Shown here: positions 1-9,622 of the stretch, piece by piece
Numbering within the stretch: the first letter of the stretch is position 1
Layout: the number at the start of each line of letters is the position of its first letter
Source of the DNA: Candidatus Hermodarchaeota archaeon
GTDB lineage: Archaea; Asgardarchaeota; Lokiarchaeia; Sigyniarchaeales; SOKP01
Direction of reading: 5' to 3'
Length of the DNA: 21,537 nt
NCBI GenBank assembly: GCA_048885925.1
Contig: JBHLLG010000049.1
Span: 1-21,537, forward strand
Made by a program: the position numbers and the translations under genes
The notes under the pieces: model-generated
Databases searched by the model: none
What the model saw: only the letters and a program-made list of their open reading frames with translations
What the model was told of the DNA's origin: nothing

Positions 1-237
1 TTTAGCGCAAGAGCTAAGGACTCTTTTGAATCTAAAATGATCGAAAGCCTAAGTCTTGGACATAAACATCATAAACCAATAATTCCAATCATCCAACGAT
101 TAATTAATCCAGAGGATAGAGACCATATAATTAAACAATTAACTCAGAAAAAAGTACCAGTTTTTGGAGATCCTCTTGAATTTATTCCTTTATTACCTAA
201 GATTTCAAATTATAAAAAAAGATTAGATAGTTCGTAA
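1..237 (+). CDS. 3' end of a gene running in from the left edge; possibly the C-terminus of an NDP-forming acyl-CoA synthetase / CoA-binding protein
   Basis: Frame 1 is open from base 1 (FSARAKDSFESKMIES...) to TAA at 235-237. The KPII...L..KKVPVF.DP pattern loosely resembles the C-terminus of ACD alpha subunits. The product call is weak. Confidence 0.45.
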   Translation, partial: FSARAKDSFESKMIESLSLGHKHHKPIIPIIQRLINPEDRDHIIKQLTQKKVPVFGDPLEFIPLLPKISNYKKRLDSS

Positions 238-274
238 TAACTTTTTTAATAAAAATAAAAGCAATATAGAATTT

Positions 275-1951
275 TTAAAAAATTTGGGGGCTTTGGTATT
301 CTCCAAAGACTTCTCTTAGGATATCACAAATTTCTTGTATTGTAGCATACGATTTTACTACTTCAATCATTATTGGCATTATATTTTCGGAGGATTGAGC
401 AACTCTTTTTAACTCCTTCAACTTCACATTTACCAAATTATTATTTCTTGCTTTCTTGAGTTCTTGAATAGATCCTATTATTTGCTTTTCACTATCCTCA
501 TCATGTTTAAAAGTAGGTATTTTTTGTTTCTCATTCATTCCATAGATATTTACACCAACAACCTTATTTATACCTTCTTCAATTTTTTTCTGTTCATTAT
601 AAGCATTGTTTTGAATCTCTTGCTGAATATACGCATTTTCAATAGCAACTGACATACCACCCATTTTATCTATTTTTTTAATATATTCCATTGCTTTTTC
701 TTCAAGTTGATTCGTGAGATATTCTACATAATAAGAACCACCTAAAGGATCAACGACATCAGTAACCCCTGTTTCATATGCAAGTACTTGCTGAGTTCTT
801 AATGATAATCTTACTGAATCTTCAGTCGGAATTGCTAAAGCTTCATCAAAACCACATGTATGTAATGATTGAGTACCACCAAGAACGGCAGCCATTGCTT
901 GATATGCAACTCTCACAATATTAACATTGGGTTGCTGAGCAGTTAAAGAAACTCCTGCTGTTTGAGTATGAAATCTTAATCTTAGGGATTCTGGATCTTT
1001 AGCATTGAATCTTTCTTTCATAATTTTAGCCCATAATCTTCGAGCAGCTCTTAATTTTGCTATCTCTTCAAAAAAGTAATTATGTGTCGTAAAGAAAAAG
1101 GATAATCGGGGAGCGAAATCATCAACATTTATACCACGTTTAAGAACCTCTTCCACATATGCAATACCATCGGCTAAAGTAAAAGCAATTTCTTGAATAG
1201 CATTACACCCAGCTTCACGCATATGATATCCACTAATACTAATACTATTAAATCTTGGTAAATATTTAGAACAATACTCTATTATATCAGCAGTTAATCT
1301 TAAGGATGGTTTTGGTGGAAAAATATATGTTCCTCTTGCAACATATTCTTTCAAAATATCATTTTGAACTGTTCCCATTAATTCTTCAGTTTTTACACCC
1401 TGCAACTCGCCTACAGCAATATACATTGCTAAAAGTACGGCTGTTGGTGCATTTATTGTCATACTGGTTGATACCTTATCTAAAGATATACCTTCAAATA
1501 CCTTTTCAAAATCTTTCAATGAATTTATAGTAACCCCAATACGTCCTACTTCGCCCAAACAAATTTTATTATTAGAATTATACCCCATCTGAGTAGGTAG
1601 ATCAAAAGCGATTGAGAGACCCTTTTGACCTTGAGATATTAAATATTTAAATCTTTCATTTGTTTTTGAAGCATCAGCAAATCCAGAATATTGTCGCATA
1701 GTCCAAATTCTCCCTCTATACATATTTGGATATACCCCTCTTGTAAATGGAACATCTCCAGAAAAACCGATATCTTCTAAGTAATCAAGATTTTTAATAT
1801 CTTCAGGATTATAAATATGTTTTAGATGAATTCCTGACGGGGTCTCAAACTTTTTCTTAGTCTCACCTTTATCAGTAAATTTAGATAAAGTATTTTCTTC
1901 CCATTCTAACCTTTTATTCTTTATTTTTTCTAATTTTTCATTAGAGAACAT
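275..1951 (-). CDS. Methylmalonyl-CoA mutase, substrate-binding (large) subunit, split type lacking the B12-binding domain
   Basis: Motifs PFTRGVY, WTMRQYSGF, GLSIAFDLPTQMGYNS, SMTIN, QNDILKEY, SISGYHMREAG, FFEEIAKLRAAR, LGGTQSLH, DPLGGSYYVE. Tyr in RQY and Arg in QNDILKEYVAR match the methylmalonyl-CoA specificity residues. No DxHxxG domain. AGGAG upstream (1961-1965, minus strand). Confidence 0.93.
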   Translation of the reverse strand: MFSNEKLEKIKNKRLEWEENTLSKFTDKGETKKKFETPSGIHLKHIYNPEDIKNLDYLEDIGFSGDVPFTRGVYPNMYRGRIWTMRQYSGFADASKTNERFKYLISQGQKGLSIAFDLPTQMGYNSNNKICLGEVGRIGVTINSLKDFEKVFEGISLDKVSTSMTINAPTAVLLAMYIAVGELQGVKTEELMGTVQNDILKEYVARGTYIFPPKPSLRLTADIIEYCSKYLPRFNSISISGYHMREAGCNAIQEIAFTLADGIAYVEEVLKRGINVDDFAPRLSFFFTTHNYFFEEIAKLRAARRLWAKIMKERFNAKDPESLRLRFHTQTAGVSLTAQQPNVNIVRVAYQAMAAVLGGTQSLHTCGFDEALAIPTEDSVRLSLRTQQVLAYETGVTDVVDPLGGSYYVEYLTNQLEEKAMEYIKKIDKMGGMSVAIENAYIQQEIQNNAYNEQKKIEEGINKVVGVNIYGMNEKQKIPTFKHDEDSEKQIIGSIQELKKARNNNLVNVKLKELKRVAQSSENIMPIMIEVVKSYATIQEICDILREVFGEYQSPQIF

Positions 1952-1978
1952 AATTTTTTTCTCCTGTTTTATTTAATT

Positions 1979-2341
1979 TCAGATTGGTTGAAAAGTATAA
2001 GCATAAACTTCTTTACCATCTAAATTATCACATATCTTCTTATAAACAGGTTTTAAAGTCATTCCAGTTTTTAAATTTTCTTTAGATGTTATTTGTCCAA
2101 GTGCTTTAATTCCATTTTCAAATTCTACAACTCCAATAGCGTAAGAATTTTGTTCGCGAAATTCAGCAGGAGGTTCTGTTAAGATTGTATATGTTAATAA
2201 TTTACAATTACCAGAAGCTTCAAATAAAGAAAATTCCTTATTTTTACAATTCAAACATCTTATATGAGATCTGTGTTGTAGAAAACCACACTTAATACAT
2301 TTTTTCCATTCAATTTTTTTATTATTTGTCATTAGTTTCAC
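1979..2341 (-). CDS. DUF35-family Zn-ribbon + OB-fold protein (acyl-CoA-associated)
   Basis: CIKCG...CLNC zinc ribbon followed by G.LLTYTI...P.EF...YAIGVVEFENG...GQI OB fold. Start uncertain (GTG 2341 or ATG 2332). Confidence 0.85.
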   Translation of the reverse strand: MKLMTNNKKIEWKKCIKCGFLQHRSHIRCLNCKNKEFSLFEASGNCKLLTYTILTEPPAEFREQNSYAIGVVEFENGIKALGQITSKENLKTGMTLKPVYKKICDNLDGKEVYAYTFQPI

Positions 2342-2658
2342 ATTCGTAATAATGAAAACCTCCTAAATAATAGAATGGAGATTTAATATATGTTATATTA
2401 AAAACAAGAATATAAAATTTAGCAAGGATCGCAAAAGAATTAATTGAAAATCTAACATCATCATCATATAGGAATTATTAGTTTATATACTTCATCAGAA
2501 AAGTCAAAATCATTATTTAAATCTCTAAAATAGTTAATTTCTGATGCATTCAATAACATTAAATCTTTTTATACACTATTCTGAATTATATTGATTAATT
2601 AGTTTTGAAATACATAAAATTGAAATTATAGTATATTGTATAAAAGAAAGGAATCTAA

Positions 2659-2883
2659 ATGGCAATTGAAATTGAAGCAGCTTTATGTAAAGGATGTGGC
2701 TATTGCATAGAAATTTGTCCAGAGCAACATCTTAAAGAATCTAAAAAGTTAAATAATCGAGGCTATAGATTACCTGAAGTTGATAGTTCAAACAATTGTA
2801 CATTTTGCAAAAGATGTGAATTAATATGTCCTGAAATGGCTATTAAAGTAGAAAAGGAGGTAAAAATTAATGCGTCCTCCTAA
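2659..2883 (+). CDS. korD: 2-oxoacid:ferredoxin oxidoreductase delta subunit (2x[4Fe-4S] ferredoxin)
   Basis: CKGCGYCIEICP and CTFCKRCELICP motifs; first gene of an overlapping OFOR operon. Confidence 0.85.
   Translation: MAIEIEAALCKGCGYCIEICPEQHLKESKKLNNRGYRLPEVDSSNNCTFCKRCELICPEMAIKVEKEVKINASS
2856..2860 (+). promoter_or_regulatory. Shine-Dalgarno site for the OFOR alpha subunit
   Basis: GGAGG 9 nt upstream of ATG 2870, inside the preceding ORF. Confidence 0.6.
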
Positions 2884-4066
2884 TGTGGATGAAATTATAA
2901 AACCAAAACTACAATTTGCTAATGGAAATGAAGCAATTGTCTACGGTGCATTATTAGCAAATTGTCGTTTTTTTGCTGGCTATCCAATCACACCTGCAAC
3001 TGAAATATTGGAGTTAATGATGAAATATTTACCTATTTTAGAAGATGGTTATTGCTTGCAAATGGAAGATGAGATAAGTTCACTAGCAGCAATTATCGGA
3101 GCAAGTTGGAATAATTTTCGTACAATGACAGCTACTTCTGGACCGGGATTCTCTCTTATGCAAGAAAATGTTGGATACGCTTGTATGACGGAAACTCCAT
3201 GTGTAATTGTGGATGTCCAGAGATCAGGGCCATCCACAGGGCAGCCTACTAAAGCTGCTCAGGGAGATATCATGCAAGCAAGATGGGGAACTCACGGAGA
3301 TCATTATATAATAGCTCTCTATCCTAATAGTGCACAAGAAAATCTATGGCTCACAATAAGAGCCTTTAATTTAGCAGATAAATATCGAGTTCCAGTTATT
3401 TTACTTTCTGATGCTGCTATTGCCCATACTAGGGAAAAATTGGTTATACCTTTACAAAAGGATGTTAAAATTGTAAATCGAGTACCTGTTACTATAGATA
3501 AGGAAAAATATCACCCTTTTAGAACAGGTTATACTCATCCAACTAAAGTACCAGAAATGGATAAACTAGGAGACAAATATTATACTTATTTAACAGGTTT
3601 AACGCATGACATTAAAGCTTATCCTTCTACAGATAGTGCTGAGATCCATGAAAAATTAGTTAAGCGTTTCTATGAAAAAATTGCTGATCATAGAAATGAT
3701 ATTATTACCTACGAAACAAAAGATATAGAAGAAGCCGAAATAATCATCGTATCTTATGGAATTACATCACGAACTGCTCTCATGGCTGTTAAAAAGGCAC
3801 AAAATAAAGGATTAAAAGTAGGATATTTACGATTAATAACTATATGGCCCTTTCCTCACGATATAATTCATAAATTATCTTTAGATATTGAGAAGTTTTT
3901 AGTAGTAGAAATGAATCTGGGACAAATTTACCACAAAATAAAAGAACATAGTGGAGGAAATTGCGAAGTAGATCGCTTAAATAAAATTGGAGGTAATATA
4001 CCGTCTCCGAAAGAAATTTTTAATAAAATAAAGGGAGGAAGATTAAGCAGTGAAATCATCTACTGA
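2870..4066 (+). CDS. korA: 2-oxoacid:ferredoxin oxidoreductase alpha subunit (2-oxoglutarate/KorA-like)
   Basis: GNEAI, FFAGYPITPATE, QMEDEI, TATSGPGFSLMQE, QRSGPSTGQPT, QGD..QARWGTHGD, EMNLGQ motifs. Substrate specificity not established. Confidence 0.9.
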   Translation: MRPPNVDEIIKPKLQFANGNEAIVYGALLANCRFFAGYPITPATEILELMMKYLPILEDGYCLQMEDEISSLAAIIGASWNNFRTMTATSGPGFSLMQENVGYACMTETPCVIVDVQRSGPSTGQPTKAAQGDIMQARWGTHGDHYIIALYPNSAQENLWLTIRAFNLADKYRVPVILLSDAAIAHTREKLVIPLQKDVKIVNRVPVTIDKEKYHPFRTGYTHPTKVPEMDKLGDKYYTYLTGLTHDIKAYPSTDSAEIHEKLVKRFYEKIADHRNDIITYETKDIEEAEIIIVSYGITSRTALMAVKKAQNKGLKVGYLRLITIWPFPHDIIHKLSLDIEKFLVVEMNLGQIYHKIKEHSGGNCEVDRLNKIGGNIPSPKEIFNKIKGGRLSSEIIY

Positions 4067-4931
4067 ATTAAGAGAAAAATATTTACGTAAAGATTTATTA
4101 CCAACACTTTTTTGTCCCGGATGTGGTAATGGGCAGGTATTGAATTATACAATTAGAGCCATTGATGATTTAGAAATTCCCCAGGAGAAATTAGTGTTTG
4201 TATCTGGTATTGGTTGTTCTTCTAGATTACCTGCTTATATTGAAGCAGATGGTATTCACACTACACATGGACGAGCTATTGCATTTGCCACTGGAATAAA
4301 AATAACAAATCCAGATCTGACTGTAATTGTGTTTACAGGAGATGGAGATTTAGCTGCAATTGGATTAAATCATTTTCTTCATGCAGTAAGAAGAAATATT
4401 GATATTAAAGTTATTTGTATAAACAATGAAACATACGGAATGACCGGGGGTCAACTATCGCCTACAACTCCAGTTGGATATTCAACAACAACTTCACCTT
4501 ATCGAAACATCGAGTTTGCTTTTAACCTATCTTTTTTAGCAAAGGCAGCTGGGGCTGCTTATGTTGCGCGATGGACTACAGCTCATTCGATGCAAGTTAT
4601 CAATTCTATAAAGAAGGGTATAAAAAAGAAAGGATTAGCCTTTATAGAAGTTATTTCTGCTTGTCCTGTGAATAAGAAATTATTTAAAAATCCAAAAGAA
4701 TATTTAGAATTTTTTCTGGATAATACTATTCGTTATTCATCTAAAGTTCAAGATGAGACTTCGGCAAGGGTATTTAACGATTTAAGTGAATGTTTTACAG
4801 CAGATTACGTAGGAAAGATTATTGTTGGAGAGATTGCTGATAAAGAAAAGCCATCTTTCCATGAATTTTATCAAAAATTGAAGGAGAGAAGTCAGAATGA
4901 GTTCTGGGAAAAAGAAAACAAAGGAAACTAG
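4050..4931 (+). CDS. korB: 2-oxoacid:ferredoxin oxidoreductase beta subunit (ThDP-binding)
   Basis: FCPGCG, SGIGCSSR, HTTHGR, GDGD, NNETYGMTGGQLSPTT motifs; GTG start preceded by GGGAGG. Confidence 0.9.
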   Translation: MKSSTELREKYLRKDLLPTLFCPGCGNGQVLNYTIRAIDDLEIPQEKLVFVSGIGCSSRLPAYIEADGIHTTHGRAIAFATGIKITNPDLTVIVFTGDGDLAAIGLNHFLHAVRRNIDIKVICINNETYGMTGGQLSPTTPVGYSTTTSPYRNIEFAFNLSFLAKAAGAAYVARWTTAHSMQVINSIKKGIKKKGLAFIEVISACPVNKKLFKNPKEYLEFFLDNTIRYSSKVQDETSARVFNDLSECFTADYVGKIIVGEIADKEKPSFHEFYQKLKERSQNEFWEKENKGN

Positions 4932-5442
4932 CATCAGATTTTGTGGTCTTGGTGGAATGGGCGTAATTATTACAAGTACAATCCTTGGTAAATCAGCTAT
5001 TTACGATAATAAAAATGCAATTCAAACTCAATCTTATGGTCCAGAACAAAGAGGAACCAAGGTTAAAAGTGATATAATAATTTCTGAAGGTGAATTAATA
5101 TCTTATCCCACTGATAGCAAGGTTGATATTTTAATTGCGTTCAGTCAAGAAGCTTATGACTTTTATTCATTACAAATTAAAAAAAAAGGATTCATATTCA
5201 TAAATTCAGACTTAGTTAATATCAAAGGAGAAGGAGGTAATATTTTTAAAATACCAGCTAGTACCATCGCTAGGGAATTAAAAAATGAAAGGATTCTAAA
5301 TATTGTCATATTAGGAGCGGTAATTAAAATTACTAAGATAGTCTCAAAAGAAGCAATTATTAAATCTATCAAAGAAACTGTTCATTTGCGATTTATTGAT
5401 TTGAATATCAATGCTTTTAATAGAGGATATGAATTTTTATAA
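4897..5442 (+). CDS. korC: 2-oxoacid:ferredoxin oxidoreductase gamma subunit
   Basis: IRFCGLGGMGVI, QTQSYGPEQRG, NIVILGA, NINAFNRG motifs; overlaps the beta gene. Confidence 0.88.
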   Translation: MSSGKKKTKETSIRFCGLGGMGVIITSTILGKSAIYDNKNAIQTQSYGPEQRGTKVKSDIIISEGELISYPTDSKVDILIAFSQEAYDFYSLQIKKKGFIFINSDLVNIKGEGGNIFKIPASTIARELKNERILNIVILGAVIKITKIVSKEAIIKSIKETVHLRFIDLNINAFNRGYEFL

Positions 5443-5472
5443 AGAAAAATTCTCTAAATAATGATTAGATAA

Positions 5473-6447
5473 ATGAAAGAATCTTTAACGCCAGAAAAGA
5501 TCGAGAAAGATTTCTTAATGGGGATTTTAAGTAAAGAAAATACTCTTGAATTACTAAATTCATTAATTGAAAGTAGTGATAATACCGGAATTCGTGTGGA
5601 AAGCATTAAATTACTAGAAAAAATAGGTACTCATGATGAAAAGATCTTCAAAACTTTAGAGAATCAGTTAATCTCTGATGAAAATGCATTTATCAGAGCA
5701 TCAGTAGCTAATTACATAATCCTTACCTTTCTGGAGGAAGGCATTCCTGCTCTAAGATGGATAATTCAAAATGAAAAGTCTCCCTTAGTTTTGAAAATAA
5801 TTTTTAATTCTTTAAATAGATTCGATAATCCCCAATTAAATTTAATAAAAAAAGATTTAATAAATTGGAATAAGAATTATGCTTCAAAAATCGGAATTGA
5901 TCCTCAAGAAGCAATATTTTTTTTTGATCTTGAATCTTTATTTGCTAAGGATAAACAAAATTATGAGATTAACCCCTTATGGTTTAAGAATTTTCAGAAA
6001 TTAAGCAATGTTAAAAATGGGGAACCTTGGCTCGTTATAAAAAATAAACACGTTGAAATTTTAAACTTTAATTTCTTTAAGTGGAAATTCATTAAAGACA
6101 ATCTAGACCTTGTTAATACTCTTTCTAAACTTCAAGATCTTGATTTATATTTGAACTTATTGAAAAGATATGACAATAATGCATTTGAATTATCAGAAAT
6201 TCCAGAATCAATTGGATATTTAACTTATATAAAGAAATTAATTCTGAGAAATAACAATTTAACGAAATTACCTTTTTCTTTCAAAAAATTAAACCTTATA
6301 GAAGTTTTAGATTTGAGTTACAACAAATTTAAGCAAATTCCAAAGGTTCTTAATTCAAATAAGACACTAAAAATAATTAATATAAAACATAATTTAGTCC
6401 AAAATATTCCAGAATCTCTAATTAATAATGTTAAAATAATTAGATAA
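5473..6447 (+). CDS. Protein with N-terminal HEAT-like helical repeats and C-terminal leucine-rich repeats
   Basis: C-terminal LRRs (IPESIGYLTYIKKLILRNNNLTKLP; LNLIEVLDLSYNKFKQIP; LKIINIKHNLVQNIP). N-terminal HEAT-like segments (IRVESIKLLEKIG; LISDENAFIRASVA). Confidence 0.8.
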   Translation: MKESLTPEKIEKDFLMGILSKENTLELLNSLIESSDNTGIRVESIKLLEKIGTHDEKIFKTLENQLISDENAFIRASVANYIILTFLEEGIPALRWIIQNEKSPLVLKIIFNSLNRFDNPQLNLIKKDLINWNKNYASKIGIDPQEAIFFFDLESLFAKDKQNYEINPLWFKNFQKLSNVKNGEPWLVIKNKHVEILNFNFFKWKFIKDNLDLVNTLSKLQDLDLYLNLLKRYDNNAFELSEIPESIGYLTYIKKLILRNNNLTKLPFSFKKLNLIEVLDLSYNKFKQIPKVLNSNKTLKIINIKHNLVQNIPESLINNVKIIR

Positions 6448-6514
6448 TTATTTAAACTAAAAAATCTAAAATTTTAATCAAAATTCTTGAGCTATTTTAA
6501 TTAAGTATATAATT

Positions 6515-8227
6515 ATGACAGAAGAAAAGAAAAAGATTAATGGTGGGGATGTTTTAATAAAATGCCTTCTAAAGGAAAATGTAAGATATCTATTTGGAGT
6601 TCCTGGAGGGCAATTTTTAAATATGTATGATGCTATATATAACTGGGGTCGAGAACAAGGCATAGAGACTATTTTATTTAGACATGAAGCCGCAGCAGCT
6701 CATGCTGCTGATGCATGGGCAAGGTTAACAAATACACCAGGTGTGTGTTTTGGAACAGTTGGCCCTGGTGCAACAAATCTTATCTCGGGAGTTGGTGCGG
6801 CATGGTCAGATAATATACCTATGATAACCATTTTACCTCAAGTAAACTCTAAATTTCTAGACTCCTTTACTTTACAAGGTAACCTTGATCAGATTACAAT
6901 GTATAAGCCAGTCACAAAATATCAAAAAAGTATTCTTAAAATCAACGAGATACCAGATGCTGTTCATAAAGCATTTAGGGAAGCTATGGGTGGACGTCCT
7001 CAACCTGCATTATTAGAAATATTCGAAGATGCCTTTCTTGAGGAAATTAATGAAGACGACATACTTATTTTAAATAAGGAAAAATATCGTACCATTGAGA
7101 AACCAGCTATTAAAGATGAATTGATAGAAAAAGCATTGGATCTTTTATTAAAAGGAAAAAAACCCTTAATAATATCTGGTGGTGGTGTCTCACGAGCAGA
7201 AGCTTGGAATGAATTAGAAGAATTTGTTGATTACTTACAATTACCTGTATTAACAACTATTAGCGGAATAGGAACATTACCAGAAAAAAAAAGATTCTTA
7301 TTAGGAGCGGGAGTCGCAGGAATAGGATTGAGAGTAATCCCTGAAGCTGATGTAATTCTTGCTCTTGGGTGTAAATTTTCTTGGACCATGGCACATGGTG
7401 AGGAGCCATTTTGGAAAAATTCTCAAATATTAATTCAAGTAGACATCGATCCATCAATGATAGGCCGTGCTAAACCAATAACATTGGGTATTCATGGTGA
7501 TTGTAAGCAATTTTTAATGCAAATTCTCGAAAAAACAAAACAGATTGAAAAAATAAAAAGAAGGGAATGGTTAGAAGAGCTTGTTCAAATTCGACAGAAT
7601 AATATTGAAAAATTAAATAAGAAATTGTCCAAAGATAAAATTCCTATAATGCCAAAAAGACTTATTAAAGATATCCTTGAAGCAATGGATGAAGATGCTA
7701 TTTTGATTCTTGATGGTGGAGATATTTCAGTTTCCGTAGGAGAACAAATTTATGATTATAATATAAGAAAACCCCTTTCTACACTAGCTTCTACCTGTAT
7801 GGGTCAATTAGGTACTGCTGTACCCTACGGAATTGGAGCTAAATTAGCAAAGCCAGATAAACAGGTTGTAGCAATAGCAGGTGATGGATCATTTATGATA
7901 AATGTGCAAGATTTAGAAACTGCTGTAAGATTAAAATTAAATAACCTAGTTTATATAATAGCTAATAATAGCGCATGGGGTATGATTAAATCTGGACAGA
8001 AACTTTTTAAGGGAAAGCGTTATATTGATGTAGATCTTCCAGAATTTGACTATGCTAAATGCGCTGAAGGTTTTGGTTGTTATGGGGAAGTTGTAATTGA
8101 TCCTAACGAGATAAAGCCAGCATTCGAAAGAGCAAAAAATTCTAGAAAACCTGCAGTTTTAGATGTGAAAATTGATTTCGAAACACCGGATACAACGAAA
8201 CTTATGGGAAGTATGGGAATCTTATAG
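6515..8227 (+). CDS. Thiamine diphosphate-dependent enzyme, acetolactate synthase-like family (substrate unknown)
   Basis: LFGVPGG, RHEAAAAHAADAWAR, TVGPGATN, GQLGTAVPYGIGAKLA, GDGSF...NNSAWG ThDP motif. No ilvH/ilvC neighbours. Confidence 0.88.
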   Translation: MTEEKKKINGGDVLIKCLLKENVRYLFGVPGGQFLNMYDAIYNWGREQGIETILFRHEAAAAHAADAWARLTNTPGVCFGTVGPGATNLISGVGAAWSDNIPMITILPQVNSKFLDSFTLQGNLDQITMYKPVTKYQKSILKINEIPDAVHKAFREAMGGRPQPALLEIFEDAFLEEINEDDILILNKEKYRTIEKPAIKDELIEKALDLLLKGKKPLIISGGGVSRAEAWNELEEFVDYLQLPVLTTISGIGTLPEKKRFLLGAGVAGIGLRVIPEADVILALGCKFSWTMAHGEEPFWKNSQILIQVDIDPSMIGRAKPITLGIHGDCKQFLMQILEKTKQIEKIKRREWLEELVQIRQNNIEKLNKKLSKDKIPIMPKRLIKDILEAMDEDAILILDGGDISVSVGEQIYDYNIRKPLSTLASTCMGQLGTAVPYGIGAKLAKPDKQVVAIAGDGSFMINVQDLETAVRLKLNNLVYIIANNSAWGMIKSGQKLFKGKRYIDVDLPEFDYAKCAEGFGCYGEVVIDPNEIKPAFERAKNSRKPAVLDVKIDFETPDTTKLMGSMGIL

Positions 8228-8289
8228 GAATCTTCTTTTATTTCTTTTAATTAAATGCATTTAGTTAGAATTAAATTAAACTATGAATT

Positions 8290-9501
8290 ATGAAAGCATT
8301 AATCGCTACAGTCGAAAGATTTTTAGAGCTCTTAGGCGAAAAAATTAAAGATCCATTTTTTAAACCTAAAATTTATGAATTAGTATCGTATGAAGATATT
8401 TCTGAACCAGAAATAGTTAATGATGATTGGGTAAAAATAAAAGTAAAGCTAGGAGGTATTTGTGGTACCGATATTCATATTTTAAAAATTGAGCAGTCTA
8501 CGTTCCAACTAAATTTTGTATCAGGTCCCGCGGTTTTAGGTCACGAAATCGTAGGCGTGATAACAGAAGTAGGTGCTAATGTAAATAATATTTCAATTGG
8601 AGATCGTGTTTTAATTGATGAAGTTCTTAGTTGTGAACCAAGGGGACTTGAATTATGTGATGCATGTAAAGAAGGAAATTTTAACTTATGTCGTAATTAC
8701 GATAAAGGTAATATAGCTCCTGGATTTATAATTGGTTTATGTAAAGATACTGGTGGTGGTTGGGGAGAATATATTGTTGCCCATAAATCTCAGGTATTTA
8801 AGATTCCCAATTCTATTACTTTTGAAGAAGCCTTGATTGCGGAACCTTTAGCAGGGTCAATCCATGGAATTCTAAAACATATTCCAAAAGAAAATGATAT
8901 AGTAATTATTGTAGGTTGTGGTGTAATGGGTTTGTCAACAATATTAGCTTTAAAAGTATTTTCCAAATGTAAAATCATCGCTGTTGATACAGGACAAGCC
9001 CAACTTGATATGGCTGCTAAATTCGGTGCTGATGAGGTTTTTTTGGCTAACAAGGGCGCTTTTGCAAGAAAAATTGCCAGAAGATTAGGGACAAGAACTG
9101 TTACACCACCAATGCAAGATCCAGCTCCGATTGGTGGAGGAGCGGATACCGTTTATGATTGTGTAGGAAATTCATCGTCTTTAACAACTAGTTTTAGATT
9201 GGTTAAATCACAAGGAACTTTTGTGTTAATTGGACAACCTGCAATATTAGAACTTGATTGGACACCATTATTTATCAAAGAAATAACATTGATTGCTTCA
9301 AATACTTTTGGTTCTGAAATAATTGATGGGATAAAAAAGCGAACTCTACAAATTGCATTAGATTTGATATCAACTCGCAAGATTGATGTTAGAGACTTTA
9401 TTACTCATAAATTTTCTTTGGAAGATTATAAAGAAGCATTAAAAGTAGCTTCAAATAAGAGTATGTATGATGCAATTAAGGTAGTTTTCGAATTTGAATA
9501 A
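8290..9501 (+). CDS. Zinc-dependent alcohol dehydrogenase (MDR superfamily)
   Basis: GICGTD, LGHEIVG, four-Cys structural Zn site (CEPRGLELCDACKEGNFNLC), GCGVMG Rossmann motif with downstream Asp (AVD). Confidence 0.88.
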   Translation: MKALIATVERFLELLGEKIKDPFFKPKIYELVSYEDISEPEIVNDDWVKIKVKLGGICGTDIHILKIEQSTFQLNFVSGPAVLGHEIVGVITEVGANVNNISIGDRVLIDEVLSCEPRGLELCDACKEGNFNLCRNYDKGNIAPGFIIGLCKDTGGGWGEYIVAHKSQVFKIPNSITFEEALIAEPLAGSIHGILKHIPKENDIVIIVGCGVMGLSTILALKVFSKCKIIAVDTGQAQLDMAAKFGADEVFLANKGAFARKIARRLGTRTVTPPMQDPAPIGGGADTVYDCVGNSSSLTTSFRLVKSQGTFVLIGQPAILELDWTPLFIKEITLIASNTFGSEIIDGIKKRTLQIALDLISTRKIDVRDFITHKFSLEDYKEALKVASNKSMYDAIKVVFEFE

Positions 9502-9622
9502 AATTTTGTCTATTTTGTGTTATTCCTTTTTCTCAAAGTTTTTTGATAAACCTATTTTAATTAATAATTATTTCTTATAGTTTAATTTATAAAGCAAAAT
9601 AATTCAATAAATTATAGTTAAG

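Noticed and set aside
2338-2364. Minus-strand AGGAGG followed by an ATG-TGA mini-ORF just upstream of the DUF35 gene
   Set aside because: The spacing is too long for a convincing SD-start pair. It only shows that the start codon is uncertain.
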